A stretch of 64,000 nucleotides of DNA, from assembly GCA_902578305.1 (NCBI GenBank), contig CACHCK010000001.1, forward strand, positions 261,746-325,745. Reading direction: 5' to 3'. How positions within the stretch are numbered: position 1 is the first letter of the stretch; each line of letters begins with the position of its first letter. The DNA is from an uncultured Pelagibacteraceae bacterium (GTDB lineage Bacteria; Pseudomonadota; Alphaproteobacteria; Pelagibacterales; AG-422-B15). Positions 30,644 through 42,680 of this stretch are shown here, piece by piece. The notes beneath the pieces are model-generated. The model searched no databases. It had not been told where the DNA came from and saw only the letters and a program-made list of their open reading frames with translations. The position numbers were made by a program, and so were the translations under genes.

Positions 30644-31679
30644 TAAAGTTTAATTTGCCAATATAACTAACTTTTTTATTTATTTTTTTTGAATTCACTA
30701 AATTGCCAATTATACTGTATTTAAGTTTGTGTTTCTTAATTGATTTTTCAAATTGACTAAACTTTGTTCTATCTAAGATTACTATCATACCATACCCACA
30801 ATTAAATGTTTTTAACATTTCATTTTGCGATACTCCAAAATTTTGTATCCATTTAAATATTGTTGGCAAATTAAAGGTTTCTAAATTTATTTCTGCTGAA
30901 ATATTTTTACTTAATGATCGTGGTAAATTTTCTGTTATTCCTCCACCAGTAATATGAGCGCATGTTTTTATTATTTTTTTCGTGTACATTTCAAGTATTG
31001 GACTTACGTATATCTCTGTAGGCTTGAGTAATAGTTCGCCAATGGTTTTATTTTTTTCTATCTTCTTATTTAATTTTATTTTGTTTTCTTTGATTATCTT
31101 TCTAACAAGAGAATATCCATTAGAGTGAAGACCTGATGATGAAATTCCTACAATAATATCATTTTCTTTTAATTTTGGACTTGCTTTGGTAATGCCACTC
31201 TTAACTCCTACACAAAATCCAGCAAGATCATACTTATCGTTTGAGTCAACTTCTGGATGTTCAGCTGTTTCTCCACCTAGCAGTGAACAATTAGACATTT
31301 TACATCCCTTAATAATACCCCCTATAATTTCTTTACCTTTAGATATGTTTAATTTTCCAGTTGAAATATAGTCTAAGAAAAAAAGAGGTTTAGCCTGATC
31401 AACTATTAAGTCATTCACACACATGGCAACTAGGTCAATGCCAATTGTCTTATGGTCTTTCATCATACGGGCAATCTCAATTTTTGTTCCAACTCCATCG
31501 GTTGCACCAACAAGAATCGGTTTTTTAATTTTTGTATCAAGAACAAATTGACCGGAAAAACCTCCAATATTGGATTTTTTAAGATTTTTATCTTTACGAA
31601 TTATTCTTTTAATCTCAGATACAAATTTATTTCCTTTATTTATGCTTACGCCTGAACTTGAGTATGATAGCTTCTTCAT
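30636..31679 (-). CDS. purM: AIR synthase
   Basis: TDGVGTK, DLVAMCVND, GGETAE, SSGLHSNGYSL, HITGGG, TFNCGYG. Confidence 0.97.
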   Translation of the reverse strand: MKKLSYSSSGVSINKGNKFVSEIKRIIRKDKNLKKSNIGGFSGQFVLDTKIKKPILVGATDGVGTKIEIARMMKDHKTIGIDLVAMCVNDLIVDQAKPLFFLDYISTGKLNISKGKEIIGGIIKGCKMSNCSLLGGETAEHPEVDSNDKYDLAGFCVGVKSGITKASPKLKENDIIVGISSSGLHSNGYSLVRKIIKENKIKLNKKIEKNKTIGELLLKPTEIYVSPILEMYTKKIIKTCAHITGGGITENLPRSLSKNISAEINLETFNLPTIFKWIQNFGVSQNEMLKTFNCGYGMIVILDRTKFSQFEKSIKKHKLKYSIIGNLVNSKKINKKVSYIGKLNFND

Positions 31680-31694
31680 TTAGATTTCTTATAT

Positions 31695-32774
31695 ATGATT
31701 TTTAATACCAATACTAAGCAAATAAGCTTTGTGATTGTTTTTTTATTTGCTTTTACTAATTTCTGTCTTGCTAATGAAAATATAGATTTTTTTTCATCAT
31801 CTGGCATAAAGGTAAATTTATCTTTTTCAAATGAGACTGATATTAGAAATACCGCTATATCTAAAGCAGAAGAAATCGCCTTTAAAAGAGTATCAGTTAA
31901 ACTTCTTACGCCAGAGGATTATAAAAAATTAAGCAAATTAAAAGATATTGATATTGCTTATTTTGTAGAAAGTATTGAGTTTGTTGATGAAAAAATTTCT
32001 ACAGAAACTTACCTTGGCGAGTTTAATATATATTTTAGTCCATTTCGTATCAAAGAATTCTACAAATCAAATTCCTTGACATTTTCTGAGGTAAGTTCTC
32101 AAAATATTACAGTTAATGTAGCATTTTCTAATTCTAATCAATTTTTTATTTTATTTAATCTATGGAACACCGAATGGAAAAAAATTAAAAATATAGGTAA
32201 TAAAATAAACTTAGACGTAAAGACCTTTTCACAGATTGAAATGGGTAATACCGATTTATCTAATTTTTTGGAAAATAAAGACATAGAAGGAAATAATTTA
32301 AATGATGAAAATGATATAATATTAATATGGTGTAGCCCTGTTTATGAAAAATTAAATGAGCTTAGATTTGATTTAATAATAAAGTTTAATTTGAATCAAA
32401 AAGAAAAGATAATTAGAAAGAGTTATTTGACTGATTATTCTTTATTTAGGGATGATATTTTTTTACCATTAATTGAAGATATAAAAAATGAACTTTTACT
32501 TACATGGATTGATCTAACAAAACAATCTGATGAGGTTTACAGATTTAAGTTTGTATACGATATTGAAAATATTTCTGATTGGGTTGAGTTACAAAATCGA
32601 CTGCAATCAGTAAGGCTTTTGGAACAATATAAGCCATCTTTATTTACTACGGATAAGGTTGAGGGTTACGTGGATTTTTTAGGAAATGGAGATAAGTTTG
32701 TTCTTCTGCTCTCTCAAAATAAAATTAATGCGGTAAATCTTGGACCATATTATAGAATTTCTTTAGATGATTAA
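31695..32774 (+). CDS. DUF2066-like exported protein
   Basis: Signal peptide, R..AI..A...AF motif, V.SIEF..EK; canonical position divergent from purM. Confidence 0.65.
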   Translation: MIFNTNTKQISFVIVFLFAFTNFCLANENIDFFSSSGIKVNLSFSNETDIRNTAISKAEEIAFKRVSVKLLTPEDYKKLSKLKDIDIAYFVESIEFVDEKISTETYLGEFNIYFSPFRIKEFYKSNSLTFSEVSSQNITVNVAFSNSNQFFILFNLWNTEWKKIKNIGNKINLDVKTFSQIEMGNTDLSNFLENKDIEGNNLNDENDIILIWCSPVYEKLNELRFDLIIKFNLNQKEKIIRKSYLTDYSLFRDDIFLPLIEDIKNELLLTWIDLTKQSDEVYRFKFVYDIENISDWVELQNRLQSVRLLEQYKPSLFTTDKVEGYVDFLGNGDKFVLLLSQNKINAVNLGPYYRISLDD

Positions 32775-33312
32775 AAATTTGCCAAATTTTATATCAATTT
32801 ACCGTTTGGTTACTATTCCATTTGTTGCGTGGTTTCTTTTGGAGGAATTATATTATTATGCGACTTTATTTACTATTTTAATTGCTTTAAGTGATTTTTT
32901 AGATGGATTTATCGCAAGATATTTTAAAGTTCAAAGTGAACTAGGTTCATATTTAGATGCAATTGCTGATAAAGCATTCGTAATTTCGATTTTTATACTC
33001 ATTGGAAATCTCAAACTGTTGCCTGTATTCATAATCATAATAATAATTTCAAGAGATATAATTATTTTGGGATCGTTTGCAGTCACTTTTTTGGTTGGTA
33101 AAAAAATTGAGGTTAAACCAACTAAAATCAGTAAATTAAATACATTCTTTCAGTTTTGTCTTGTTATTACGACCATGCTTAGCAATATCAACGGATATGA
33201 GAAATATTTCACAGCATTAATGTTAAACGAAGTATTTATTACTGTTGTATTGATATGTACTCTATTATCTCTAATAAATTATATAAGTTACTGGTTTAAA
33301 AACATAAACTAA
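32767..33312 (+). CDS. CDP-alcohol phosphatidyltransferase
   Basis: NLPNFIS..R, SDFLDGFIAR...SELGSYLDAIADK. Confidence 0.92.
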   Translation: MIKNLPNFISIYRLVTIPFVAWFLLEELYYYATLFTILIALSDFLDGFIARYFKVQSELGSYLDAIADKAFVISIFILIGNLKLLPVFIIIIIISRDIIILGSFAVTFLVGKKIEVKPTKISKLNTFFQFCLVITTMLSNINGYEKYFTALMLNEVFITVVLICTLLSLINYISYWFKNIN

Positions 33313-33960
33313 ATGGAAAAAGGACAATTAATCTTTAATTTAAAAAATATAGAAACTTATGATCCTGAGGATTTTTATATTAGTAAAAGTAATTTTAATG
33401 TTTCAACTTTACTAAAATCTCCACAGGACTGGTTTAATAGATCAGCTGTAATATTTGGGCAAAAAAAATCAGGTAAAACACATCTTTTAAATATATGGTC
33501 AGGCTATAACAATGCTAATTTAATTAATTGCCTTGATGTACAAAGCTGGAATGACATTTCGTTTAATACTAATATAGCAATTGATGATTTTCATAATTTA
33601 AAAGATGAAGAGGGATTTTTTCATTTTTATAATAGTTTAATTTTAGAAAAGAAAACAATTTTGGTAACGGTTGATATAAATTCAAATTTTGAAATCAAAC
33701 TAAAAGACTTAAATTCAAGGTTTAAATCCTTTACTTCATCAAAAATCGAAAATCCAGAAGATGATCTCTTAAAAGCCATAATCATGAAATATTTTAGTAA
33801 TGCCCAAGTTCAAATTGAAAAAAATGTAATTGAATATTTATTAAAGAGGGTAGATCGTGATTATCAAAAATTATATAATATTCTTGAAAAAATTAATTTT
33901 CTATCCTTGCAAAGAAAATCAAAAATAACAACACATCTCATCCGAGACATAATGATTTAA
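33313..33960 (+). CDS. Hda/HdaA-like DnaA-family AAA+ protein
   Basis: QLIF clamp-binding motif, GQKKSGKTHL, IDD, DLNSRF, YLLKRVDR. Confidence 0.85.
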   Translation: MEKGQLIFNLKNIETYDPEDFYISKSNFNVSTLLKSPQDWFNRSAVIFGQKKSGKTHLLNIWSGYNNANLINCLDVQSWNDISFNTNIAIDDFHNLKDEEGFFHFYNSLILEKKTILVTVDINSNFEIKLKDLNSRFKSFTSSKIENPEDDLLKAIIMKYFSNAQVQIEKNVIEYLLKRVDRDYQKLYNILEKINFLSLQRKSKITTHLIRDIMI

Positions 33961-34771
33961 CATAACTCTCAAAAACTTCTAAACGTTGATCATTTTTATT
34001 TTTACCTTTTTTTAATTCTCCCAGTCTATTTTTACTTGCTCTTATAAGATTTTTATCGGAAACAATCCAATTTCGAGGAAGGTCATCTTTTTGGGCATAA
34101 TTTTCTCTCCATTCTGAAAATTTTTTAATTAGTTTTTTTTCATTTTTTGAAAAATTTTTGATTTTTATTCTTTTATAGGATTTTTTAGTGTTGTAGACAT
34201 CTTTGGTATCTAAATGGTCTTCAATTAATTTTTTTATTCTTTTTACGAGATTTCTTTTTTTAATTTTTTGCAATAAGTCCACATAAATTTTAGGCAAATA
34301 ATACACATCGTTAATTGCATAATTAATTTGTTCGGATGATAAAGGTCTCTTAGTCCAATCAGAAACTTGATGTTTTTTTGAAAGTTTTATTTTGAATAGT
34401 TTTTCTACTAAACTAGTATACCCAATTGTTTGTCCTCCATAAATTGAATTATAAGCAATTTGAGTATCAAAAACATTCACAACACTTATTTCAAAAGCAT
34501 AATTTAATACTTCGATATCTTGTCGAGCAGAGTGGATAACTTTCAATATCTTTTTCGATGTGAGTATTCTTCTAAAATTTTCGAAGTTCATTTTTTCCCC
34601 TGATAACATATCAATTAAGAATTCTTTTCTTTGAGTTTTAATTTGAATAGTGCATAAAATTGGCCAATATGTATTATCTCTTTTGAATTCGGTATCTAGG
34701 AAGATAATTTTATACTTATTCAATAATTTACATAGCTTCTCGAGGGATTTATTATCTTGGACTATTTTCAT
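33938..34771 (-). CDS. rnd: Ribonuclease D (short form, 277 aa)
   Basis: LDTEF, HSARQD, FDTQIA, SDWTKRPL, YAINDV, one HRDC-like domain. Confidence 0.9.
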   Translation of the reverse strand: MKIVQDNKSLEKLCKLLNKYKIIFLDTEFKRDNTYWPILCTIQIKTQRKEFLIDMLSGEKMNFENFRRILTSKKILKVIHSARQDIEVLNYAFEISVVNVFDTQIAYNSIYGGQTIGYTSLVEKLFKIKLSKKHQVSDWTKRPLSSEQINYAINDVYYLPKIYVDLLQKIKKRNLVKRIKKLIEDHLDTKDVYNTKKSYKRIKIKNFSKNEKKLIKKFSEWRENYAQKDDLPRNWIVSDKNLIRASKNRLGELKKGKNKNDQRLEVFESYVKSLCLG

Positions 34772-34804
34772 AAATCAAACTATATATGATCCTTAATTAA
34801 AAGT

Positions 34805-36601
34805 ATGAATAAATATAGAACGCACAATTGTAACCAGCTTAGATTAGAAGATGCTGGTTCTAAAGTATCATTAGCTGGGTGGATAAATAGAAAAAGAGAT
34901 CACGGCAATGTACTATTTGTTGACTTAAGGGATCATTATGGCGTTACTCAATGTGTAATTGAGAAAACAAATACTAAATTGCTAAACTTAGTAGACAGCT
35001 TAAGAGTTGAGACCGTTATTAAAATTGATGGCACAGTTATAAAAAGAGAGTCTGATACTATTAATAAATCACTAAGTACAGGGACCATTGAAATTGCAGT
35101 TGATAATGTAGAAGTATTATCTGAGGCAAAAGAGTTGCCTATGCCAGTTTTTGGAGAAAACGACTATCCAGAAGAAATTAGATTGAAGTATAGATTTCTT
35201 GATATTCGAAGAGAGGAATTGCATAAAAATATTGTTCTAAGATCCTCAATTATTTCCCACATTAGAAAGCTCATGTCTGACGCTGGTTTTTTAGAAATGC
35301 AAACACCAATACTTACAGCCTCTAGTCCAGAAGGTGCTAGAGATTACTTGGTGCCTAGCAGGATTCATCCAGGAAAATTTTACGCTCTTCCTCAAGCCCC
35401 ACAGCAATTTAAGCAGTTAATTATGGCAGGAGGATTCGATAAATATTTTCAAATAGCCCCTTGTTTTAGAGATGAAGATGCAAGAGCAGATAGAAGTCCT
35501 GGTGAATTTTATCAATTAGATATGGAAATGGCATTTGTTGAGCAAGACGATGTGTTTAACGCCATTGAACCCATTTTACATTCTGTTTTTTCAACTTTTT
35601 CTGATTTTAACGTTTCAGAAACACCTTTTCCAAGAATTACATATGCCGATGCTATGAGCAGGTATGGAACAGACAAACCTGACCTTAGAAATCCAATAAA
35701 TATTTCTAATTTAACTAAGGAATTTAATGATGACAAAGTTGAATTTAGTGCATTTAAAAAAATTATAGAAGAGGGGGGCGAGGTTATTGGAATACCAGCA
35801 CCTGACTCGAGTCAAAAACCTAGAAGTTTTTTTGATAATCTTAATAATTGGGCAAGAAAAGAAATGAGTGCTGCTGGTTTAGGTTATATTGTTTTTGATA
35901 AAAGCTCTTCTGGCGTAGAAGGAAAGGGGCCTATTGCAAAATTTATCCCCTCTGAAATTCAAGAAATGATATTAAACAAAGCAGGTCTTAAGGCCGGAGA
36001 CTCAATTTTCTTTGCATGCGCTAAAGGCAAAGAAGTTTATGATATTGCTGCTGCAGCCAGAGATAAAATTGCAATAGATCTGGATCTAATTGAAAAGGAA
36101 GTATTTAAGTTTTGTTGGATTGTCGATTTTCCTATGTATGAAAAGGATAAAGAAACTGGAAAAATTGATTTTAGTCATAACCCTTTCTCTATGCCACAAG
36201 GTGGATTAGAAGTCCTCAATAATTCAGATCCTTTAAATATTTTAGGTTATCAATATGATATTGTTTGTAATGGCGTAGAGCTATCATCAGGCGCCATACG
36301 AAATCATATTCCAGAAATTATGTATAAGGCCTTTGAAATAGCCGGTTACAGTAAAGATCAAGTGCATGAAAAATTTGGAGGCATGATAAACGCTTTTACT
36401 TATGGCGTACCTCCTCATGGCGGCATTGCACCAGGAATAGACAGAATAGTTATGCTGCTTGCTCAAGAAAAAAATATTCGTGAGGTAATATTGTTCCCAA
36501 TGAATCAACAGGCGCAGGATCTGATGATGCTTGCTCCTGCTGAAGTCGATAAGACTACACTTGATGAGTTGAATTTAGAAGTTAAACCAACTGAAGAATA
36601 A
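34805..36601 (+). CDS. aspS: Aspartate-tRNA ligase, probably non-discriminating (Asp/Asn)
   Basis: YRTH.C, RDHG (His typical of non-discriminating enzymes), [22 protein letters not shown]. Confidence 0.97.
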   Translation: MNKYRTHNCNQLRLEDAGSKVSLAGWINRKRDHGNVLFVDLRDHYGVTQCVIEKTNTKLLNLVDSLRVETVIKIDGTVIKRESDTINKSLSTGTIEIAVDNVEVLSEAKELPMPVFGENDYPEEIRLKYRFLDIRREELHKNIVLRSSIISHIRKLMSDAGFLEMQTPILTASSPEGARDYLVPSRIHPGKFYALPQAPQQFKQLIMAGGFDKYFQIAPCFRDEDARADRSPGEFYQLDMEMAFVEQDDVFNAIEPILHSVFSTFSDFNVSETPFPRITYADAMSRYGTDKPDLRNPINISNLTKEFNDDKVEFSAFKKIIEEGGEVIGIPAPDSSQKPRSFFDNLNNWARKEMSAAGLGYIVFDKSSSGVEGKGPIAKFIPSEIQEMILNKAGLKAGDSIFFACAKGKEVYDIAAAARDKIAIDLDLIEKEVFKFCWIVDFPMYEKDKETGKIDFSHNPFSMPQGGLEVLNNSDPLNILGYQYDIVCNGVELSSGAIRNHIPEIMYKAFEIAGYSKDQVHEKFGGMINAFTYGVPPHGGIAPGIDRIVMLLAQEKNIREVILFPMNQQAQDLMMLAPAEVDKTTLDELNLEVKPTEE

Positions 36602-36602
36602 A

Positions 36603-39600
36603 CTATGAGCAGCCAGTTGTGGCACCGCATGTATCGCATTTTAAGCAAGTACCATTTCTAACAAGAGTAAAAGAACCACACTCAGGACAAGCATCTCCTT
36701 CGTAACCCATCATTCTTGCAGCTTGAACTCTACTCATTGATTCATCGGATGTAGAACCTGTGCTTACAGCAGCACTAATAGGCGCTTGTTCAGCTGACAC
36801 AGTCTCCATGCTTCCGTTTGAACTAACTACCGAAAGTCCGTCCTGGCCTCGTAAGTAACCTTGGCTTGAAACCTTTTTAACAAGCTTCCAAGGGATTTCA
36901 TTATTTTTTAGAGTTCCTTCCTCAGCACCAGTTCCAAGTGAGAAGTCAACATCTGTATTATCAGCATGCGCCAAATCATTTCTGCCTAAGTAAGAAACAG
37001 CAAGTTCTCTGAACACGTAATCTAAAATAGATGTTGCATTTTTAATTCTATTATTACCTTGCACTACCCCAGCCGGGTCAAATCTAGTAAAAGTATAAGC
37101 TTCCACGTATTCTTCTAGTGGAACTCCATATTGAAGACCAATAGATATTGCGATTGCAAAATTATTCATAAGACTCCTCAGGAAAGCTCCTTCTTTATGC
37201 ATATCAATAAAGATTTCACCCAAGCTACCGTCCTCATATTCCCCGGTATGGAGATAGACTTTATGACCTCCTACAATAGCTTTTTGAATGTATCCTTTTC
37301 TTCTATCAGGAACTTTATTTCTTGAACCGTATACAACAGAATTCATAGCCTCTTTAGCAACAGCAATTGTTCTATCAATTTGGTTGTCCGATTGTACTAT
37401 TTCTTCTTCAACATCCTCATCAACAAGTTTTGATGCAAGTGGTTGACTTAATTTTGAGCCATCACGATAGAGAGCGTTTGCTTTTGTACCGAGTTTCCAT
37501 GACAGTAAATAAGCTTCATTACAATCTTCCACATCAGACTCTGCGGGCATGTTGATCGTTTTTGATATAGCTCCTGATATAAAAGGCTGAGCCGCTGCCA
37601 TCATGCGTATATGACTTTCTACAGATAAATATCTTTTGCCGATCCTACCGCACGGATTCGCGCAATCGAATACAGCCAAATGATCATCTTTGATATGCGG
37701 TGAGCCCTCTAAGGTCATGGTGCCACAGCAAAAGGTATTTGCTTCATCGATTTCATCATTTGTAAAACCTAAAGCAGTTAGCATATTAAAATTCATGTCA
37801 GTAAGCTGTTCTTCTGAAAAATTCAGCTTCTCTTTACAGAATTCCATCCCAAGAGTATATGAATTGAAAGAAAATCGAATATCAAAAACATTCTTTAAAT
37901 TTTGTTCAAGAAGTTCGATTTGTTCCTCTTCAAAGCCTTTTTCTTTTAGAGTCTCGTGATTTATAGCGGGTGCATTGTTAAGCGTACCGTGACCAACGGC
38001 ATAATTAATTGTTTCTTCAATTTCATCCTCTGTGTATTGAAGTTGCCTTAATGCTTCTGGAACCGTTCTATTTATAATCTTGAAGTAACCACCTCCAGCA
38101 AGTTTCTTGAATTTAACCATTGCAAAATCAGGTTCGATACCTGTTGTGTCACAGTCCATTACAAGACCAATGGTTCCAGTTGGTGCAATTACTGTTGTCT
38201 GTGCATTTCTAAAACCAAACTTTTGACCATTCTCATAAGCTTGATCCCATGCATTTTGCGCCTCCATTCCTAAGTTTGTATCTCTTAAATCTTCAACAAC
38301 AAATGGCACAGGATTGATATGTAAACCTTCATACTCATCAGTCTTACCATATGCGGCTCTTCTATGATTTCTCATAACACGAAGCATATTTTTAGAGTTT
38401 TGTTGATATCCGGGGAAGGGGCCTTGTTCGGATGCGACTTCAGCCGAAGTTGCATAGGATATGCCAGTCATTAAAGCTGTTATGGCTGCACAATTTGCCC
38501 TTCCTTCTTCACTATCGTAGGCTACACCTTTAGACATTAGGTAGCCTCCCAAATTTGCATATCCAAGACCAAGTGTCCTGTATTCATAAGAGAGTTTCGC
38601 TATTTCTTTTGACGGAAATTGAGCCATCATAACTGAAATTTCCAATATTAATGTCCATATTCTTACAGCATGTTTGAACAAGTCAGTGTTTAAACATTTG
38701 TTCTCATCCATAAATGTCATTAGATTTAGAGATGCTAAGTTGCAGGCTGTATTGTCTAAGAACATATACTCCGAGCAAGGGTTTGAAGCTCTAATTTCCC
38801 CACTTTCTGGGCATGTGTGCCAATCATTAATTGTCGTATGGAACTGAATACCAGGATCAGCGCAGGCCCAAGCAGAATATCCAACTTGATCCCATAGGTC
38901 TTTTGCCTTTACTGTTTTACTCACTGAATTGTCAATTCTATTAATTAAGTTCCAATCATTGTCTTCAATTACAGCATTTAAAAAATCGTCGGTAACTCGA
39001 ACTGAGTTATTTGAATTCTGACCAGAAACCGTCACATAAGCCTCTGAATCCCAATCTGTATTATAAGTCTCAAATTCTATGGATTTATATCCTTGCTTTG
39101 CAAAATGTATAATCCTTTGAATATAATTTTCAGGAACTTCATTTTTTCTTGCAGCAATAATTTCTCTTTTTAATGCTGGGTTTTTTGCAGGTTCAAAACA
39201 ACTTTCACCATCTGCTTCGCAGTTGTGGCAGGCATTCATAATACTTTTAAGATGTTTTGAACATATTTTTGAACCAGTAACAATGGATGCAACTTTTTGT
39301 TCTTCTGTAACTTTCCATTTAATAAATTCTTCAATATCAGGATGATCTATATCTACTACAACCATCTTTGCAGCTCTTCTAGTTGTGCCACCTGATTTAA
39401 TTGCCCCCGCAGCTCTATCACCAATTTTAAGAAAACTCATCAGTCCGGATGATTTTCCTCCGCCAGACAAACCTTCTGAAGAGCCTCTTAGATTTGAGAA
39501 GTTTGTTCCAGTTCCTGATCCATACTTAAAGAGTCTCGCTTCACGGACCCATAAATCCATAATACCACCATCGTTTACTAAATCATCATCTATACTCTGA

Positions 39601-40187
39601 ATGAAGCATGCGTGCGGCTGAGGTCTTTCGTAAGAACTTGAAGATCTAGTTAGCTTTCCAGTTTCATGGTCCACATAAAAATGTCCTTGAGAAGGACCGT
39701 CAATTCCATAGGCCCAGTTTAATCCCGTGTTAAACCATTGAGGACTGTTTGGTGCAACCATTTGATTAGCGAGCATATAACGAACTTCATCAAAAAAAGC
39801 TTTGGCATCATCTTCTGATGAAAAATAACCACCTTTCCATCCCCAATATGTCCACGCTCCTGCAAGTCTATCAAAAACTTGCTGCGAGCTTGTCTCTGAC
39901 GAATAACTCACTTCTCCGTCACTATCATCAGCAATTCTTGGGGCAAGCCATGATGGAACATTTTTTTCATCTGTTCGTTTTAGTTTTGAGGGAACACCAG
40001 CTTTTCTAAAATATTTCTGAGAGAGAATATCACTAGCAACTTGACTCCATTGTTCTGGTACCTCAAAATTTTCTAATTTAAATACAAGAGATCCATCAGG
40101 ATTGACTATTTCACTTGAAACCTTTTTAAAATTTATACTTTCGTATGGCGATTGATTAGCATTTGTAAATTCTCTATTTATTTTCAT
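36603..40187 (-). CDS. nrdJ: Vitamin B12-dependent (class II) ribonucleotide reductase
   Basis: [46 protein letters not shown]-type domain and C-terminal CPECG...CDTCG. Confidence 0.97.
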   Translation of the reverse strand: MKINREFTNANQSPYESINFKKVSSEIVNPDGSLVFKLENFEVPEQWSQVASDILSQKYFRKAGVPSKLKRTDEKNVPSWLAPRIADDSDGEVSYSSETSSQQVFDRLAGAWTYWGWKGGYFSSEDDAKAFFDEVRYMLANQMVAPNSPQWFNTGLNWAYGIDGPSQGHFYVDHETGKLTRSSSSYERPQPHACFIQSIDDDLVNDGGIMDLWVREARLFKYGSGTGTNFSNLRGSSEGLSGGGKSSGLMSFLKIGDRAAGAIKSGGTTRRAAKMVVVDIDHPDIEEFIKWKVTEEQKVASIVTGSKICSKHLKSIMNACHNCEADGESCFEPAKNPALKREIIAARKNEVPENYIQRIIHFAKQGYKSIEFETYNTDWDSEAYVTVSGQNSNNSVRVTDDFLNAVIEDNDWNLINRIDNSVSKTVKAKDLWDQVGYSAWACADPGIQFHTTINDWHTCPESGEIRASNPCSEYMFLDNTACNLASLNLMTFMDENKCLNTDLFKHAVRIWTLILEISVMMAQFPSKEIAKLSYEYRTLGLGYANLGGYLMSKGVAYDSEEGRANCAAITALMTGISYATSAEVASEQGPFPGYQQNSKNMLRVMRNHRRAAYGKTDEYEGLHINPVPFVVEDLRDTNLGMEAQNAWDQAYENGQKFGFRNAQTTVIAPTGTIGLVMDCDTTGIEPDFAMVKFKKLAGGGYFKIINRTVPEALRQLQYTEDEIEETINYAVGHGTLNNAPAINHETLKEKGFEEEQIELLEQNLKNVFDIRFSFNSYTLGMEFCKEKLNFSEEQLTDMNFNMLTALGFTNDEIDEANTFCCGTMTLEGSPHIKDDHLAVFDCANPCGRIGKRYLSVESHIRMMAAAQPFISGAISKTINMPAESDVEDCNEAYLLSWKLGTKANALYRDGSKLSQPLASKLVDEDVEEEIVQSDNQIDRTIAVAKEAMNSVVYGSRNKVPDRRKGYIQKAIVGGHKVYLHTGEYEDGSLGEIFIDMHKEGAFLRSLMNNFAIAISIGLQYGVPLEEYVEAYTFTRFDPAGVVQGNNRIKNATSILDYVFRELAVSYLGRNDLAHADNTDVDFSLGTGAEEGTLKNNEIPWKLVKKVSSQGYLRGQDGLSVVSSNGSMETVSAEQAPISAAVSTGSTSDESMSRVQAARMMGYEGDACPECGSFTLVRNGTCLKCDTCGATTGCS

Positions 40188-40335
40188 TATTTTCCCTTCT
40201 AAAATATAGTCATTGCAACAGACGAGCTTATAAAAAAACCAATATCAATAATTTAATGGTCTCGACCGTAAATTGTGCCAGAATGCTAAATGAGTAACTT
40301 TCTAGATTATTGATAATTTATTATTTGAAAAATGA

Positions 40336-40382
40336 AGTCAACATATTGTGTAAAAAAAATTGAAAACCACTATATAGGGTAT
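40336..40382. promoter_or_regulatory. Tandem NrdR boxes upstream of nrdJ
   Basis: AGTCAACATATTGTGT (40336-40351, 13/16) and CCACTATATAGGGTAT (40367-40382, 12/16) versus consensus acaCwAtATaTwGtgt. Starts are 31 bp apart, the usual tandem spacing. Confidence 0.8.
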
Positions 40383-40498
40383 ATAAAATGTTATCAAAAT
40401 TAAAAAAAGTCAACATTTTCAGTGTTTTATCTATTCAATATAATTCACTAATTGTTGAAAAAACTGTTAGTTTTAAGCTTAATAATTCATAAATAATC

Positions 40499-40867
40499 AT
40501 GTTGAGAGAGATATTTACTTGGTGGAACGGACGGACCATAGGCACCAGAATTTGGTCATATTTTAATGGAGTTTTGGTCGGAACTGATGATCAGGGTAAT
40601 AAGTATTATAAAAATAAAAAAGATACTAAGAGGTGGGTTATTTACAACAGCATAATTGAGTCAACTCTTGTTAACCCGGAATGGAACAATTGGCTTAGAT
40701 ACACATCATTATCAAAACCATCAGAATCTGAAAAACATGATTGGCAGATAAACCATGTACCGAATTTAACAGGTACTGATGCTGCCTATGACCCAGAAAA
40801 TAGTAAAAAAGAAATGAAGTCAGTTGCTAAAAATGATGATTATAAAAAATGGAGTCCAAAAGATTAA
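40499..40867 (+). CDS. NADH:ubiquinone oxidoreductase NDUFA12-like subunit
   Basis: FTWWNG.TIGT, VGTDDQGNKYY, RWVIY, PEWNNWL. Confidence 0.9.
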   Translation: MLREIFTWWNGRTIGTRIWSYFNGVLVGTDDQGNKYYKNKKDTKRWVIYNSIIESTLVNPEWNNWLRYTSLSKPSESEKHDWQINHVPNLTGTDAAYDPENSKKEMKSVAKNDDYKKWSPKD

Positions 40868-41345
40868 AGTAATATTAAATATATTATTTTTGAGTTTGTT
40901 ATTACTTTCTAATCTCTTTGCTCAAAACATTGAGGATTTACCATTGATAAATTTAAATGAACTTGAACCCACTTATGAAGGTGAAGTTTTAGATCAAAAC
41001 GTTGAAAATGATTTAAATGATAAAAATTTTATTAAGAGTAAAAATAAAAATTTTGAAGAGCCGTTCGCTACAGTCAGTTTATTAAACAAAATTACAGCAG
41101 AAGTTAAAACCATAGATATTAAATTGAAAGAAAACTATCTTTATGAAGAATTAAAAATTTATGTGATTGATTGCTATAATAGTAAGCCATTAGAAAAAGC
41201 AGAAACAGCAGTATATTTGAATATTTATAACGAGAAAACGATGAAAAAAATATTTAATGGGTGGATGATAAAATCTCTGCCATCAATCTCATCAATGGAA
41301 CACCCAATATATGATCTTTGGATAGATGATTGCTATAAACTATAG
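40833..41345 (+). CDS. DUF2155-family protein (start uncertain)
   Basis: LNKITA, IFNGWM, SMEHPIYDLW..DC; usual neighbour of NDUFA12. Confidence 0.8.
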   Translation: MMIIKNGVQKIKVILNILFLSLLLLSNLFAQNIEDLPLINLNELEPTYEGEVLDQNVENDLNDKNFIKSKNKNFEEPFATVSLLNKITAEVKTIDIKLKENYLYEELKIYVIDCYNSKPLEKAETAVYLNIYNEKTMKKIFNGWMIKSLPSISSMEHPIYDLWIDDCYKL

Positions 41346-42680
41346 CTTCTCAATATTATTTTCTAACCAATTTATAGCCACTCCTCCATTCTTAAACTCG
41401 GAAGAAGATAGTATTTTTTTATGAAGCTCAATGTTAGTATCTATTCCGTCAATTACAATTTCATTGAGAGACCTCAATGCGCGCTTGATAGCATGATTTC
41501 TTGTTCTGCCAGTAGAGATTAACTTCGCCAATAAATTATCATAATAGTGTGGCACTTTATAACCAGAATAAATAAAGGTATCTAGTCTAATTCCGTTACC
41601 TGCTGGAGGGTGATACATTTCTATTTTGCCAGCAGATGGCTTGAAATCTTTTGAGCTTTCTGCGTTTATTCTGCATTCAATTGAATGTCCGAGAGGTTTA
41701 ATATTTTCTTGATTTGTAAAAATTTTATCTCCGTGAGCAACACATATTTGTTCTCTAACGAGATCCACTCTAGTTAACATTTCTGTAATTGGGTGTTCCA
41801 CCTGAAGCCTTGTATTCATTTCCATGAAATAAAATTCCTTACCATCGAATAAAAATTCGAGAGTACCCAATCCCAAATAACCCATCTTTTCCATTGCATC
41901 AACGCAAGTCTTAAATAGTTTCTGTTTTTTTTTCTCATCTACATTTGGCGCAAGGGCTTCTTCGACAACTTTCTGATTACGTCTTTGTACTGAGCAGTCT
42001 CTTTCATGTAAATGAAGAAAATTACCATGAGTGTCGCAGATTACTTGAACTTCAATATGTCGAGGTGAATCAATAAATTTTTCAATGTATATTGAGTCAT
42101 TTCCAAAAAAAGAAAGCGCCTCCTGTTTAATTATTGGCAGTGCGTCCTTTAATTCTTTTTTTGAATTTACAATTTTCATTCCTCTGCCACCACCACCAGC
42201 ACTGGCCTTAAGTAAAACAGGGTATCCTATTTCATCACTAGCTGCTAGTGCATCAGACTCACTTTTGACTTCACCTTCAGAGCCAGGAACAGTTGGCACG
42301 CCAAATTTTTTCATTATTTTTTTAGCCTCAATTTTATCGCCCATCATTTCTATATGAGAATACTTTGGTCCAATAAAAGTTAATTTATGATCCTCAAGCA
42401 TCTTGGCAAATGAAGCATTTTCAGAGAGAAAGCCATATCCTGGATGAACTGCTTGAGCGCCTGTAATTTCACACGCTGAAATTATAGCATGTGCATTTAA
42501 ATAACTCTTATTAACTGGATTAGGCCCTATGCAAACACTCTCATCAGCAATTCTGACATGCATAGACTCAGTATCTGCTTCACTGTGAACAGCTACAGTT
42601 GAAATTCCAAGTTCTTGGCAGGCTCGATTTATTCTAACTGCAATTTCACCTCGGTTAGCAATAAGAACTTTGTCAAACAT
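41340..42680 (-). CDS. accC: Acetyl-CoA carboxylase biotin carboxylase
   Basis: IANRGEIAVR, HPGYGFLSEN, GGGGRGM, ERDCSVQRR, EMNTRLQVEH. Confidence 0.98.
   Translation of the reverse strand: MFDKVLIANRGEIAVRINRACQELGISTVAVHSEADTESMHVRIADESVCIGPNPVNKSYLNAHAIISACEITGAQAVHPGYGFLSENASFAKMLEDHKLTFIGPKYSHIEMMGDKIEAKKIMKKFGVPTVPGSEGEVKSESDALAASDEIGYPVLLKASAGGGGRGMKIVNSKKELKDALPIIKQEALSFFGNDSIYIEKFIDSPRHIEVQVICDTHGNFLHLHERDCSVQRRNQKVVEEALAPNVDEKKKQKLFKTCVDAMEKMGYLGLGTLEFLFDGKEFYFMEMNTRLQVEHPITEMLTRVDLVREQICVAHGDKIFTNQENIKPLGHSIECRINAESSKDFKPSAGKIEMYHPPAGNGIRLDTFIYSGYKVPHYYDNLLAKLISTGRTRNHAIKRALRSLNEIVIDGIDTNIELHKKILSSSEFKNGGVAINWLENNIEKL

Noticed and set aside
33938-34771. Short RNase D (and short SufD at 59420-60334) as pseudogenes
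   Set aside because: Catalytic or core motifs are intact with no frameshifted remnants; they look like trimmed functional genes.
36603-40187. Intein in NrdJ (or in DnaB)
   Set aside because: Lengths are typical, catalytic motifs are contiguous, and no splice-junction or LAGLIDADG motifs were seen.
40188-40498. Cobalamin riboswitch upstream of nrdJ
   Set aside because: No B12-box or conserved core recognised on the minus strand.
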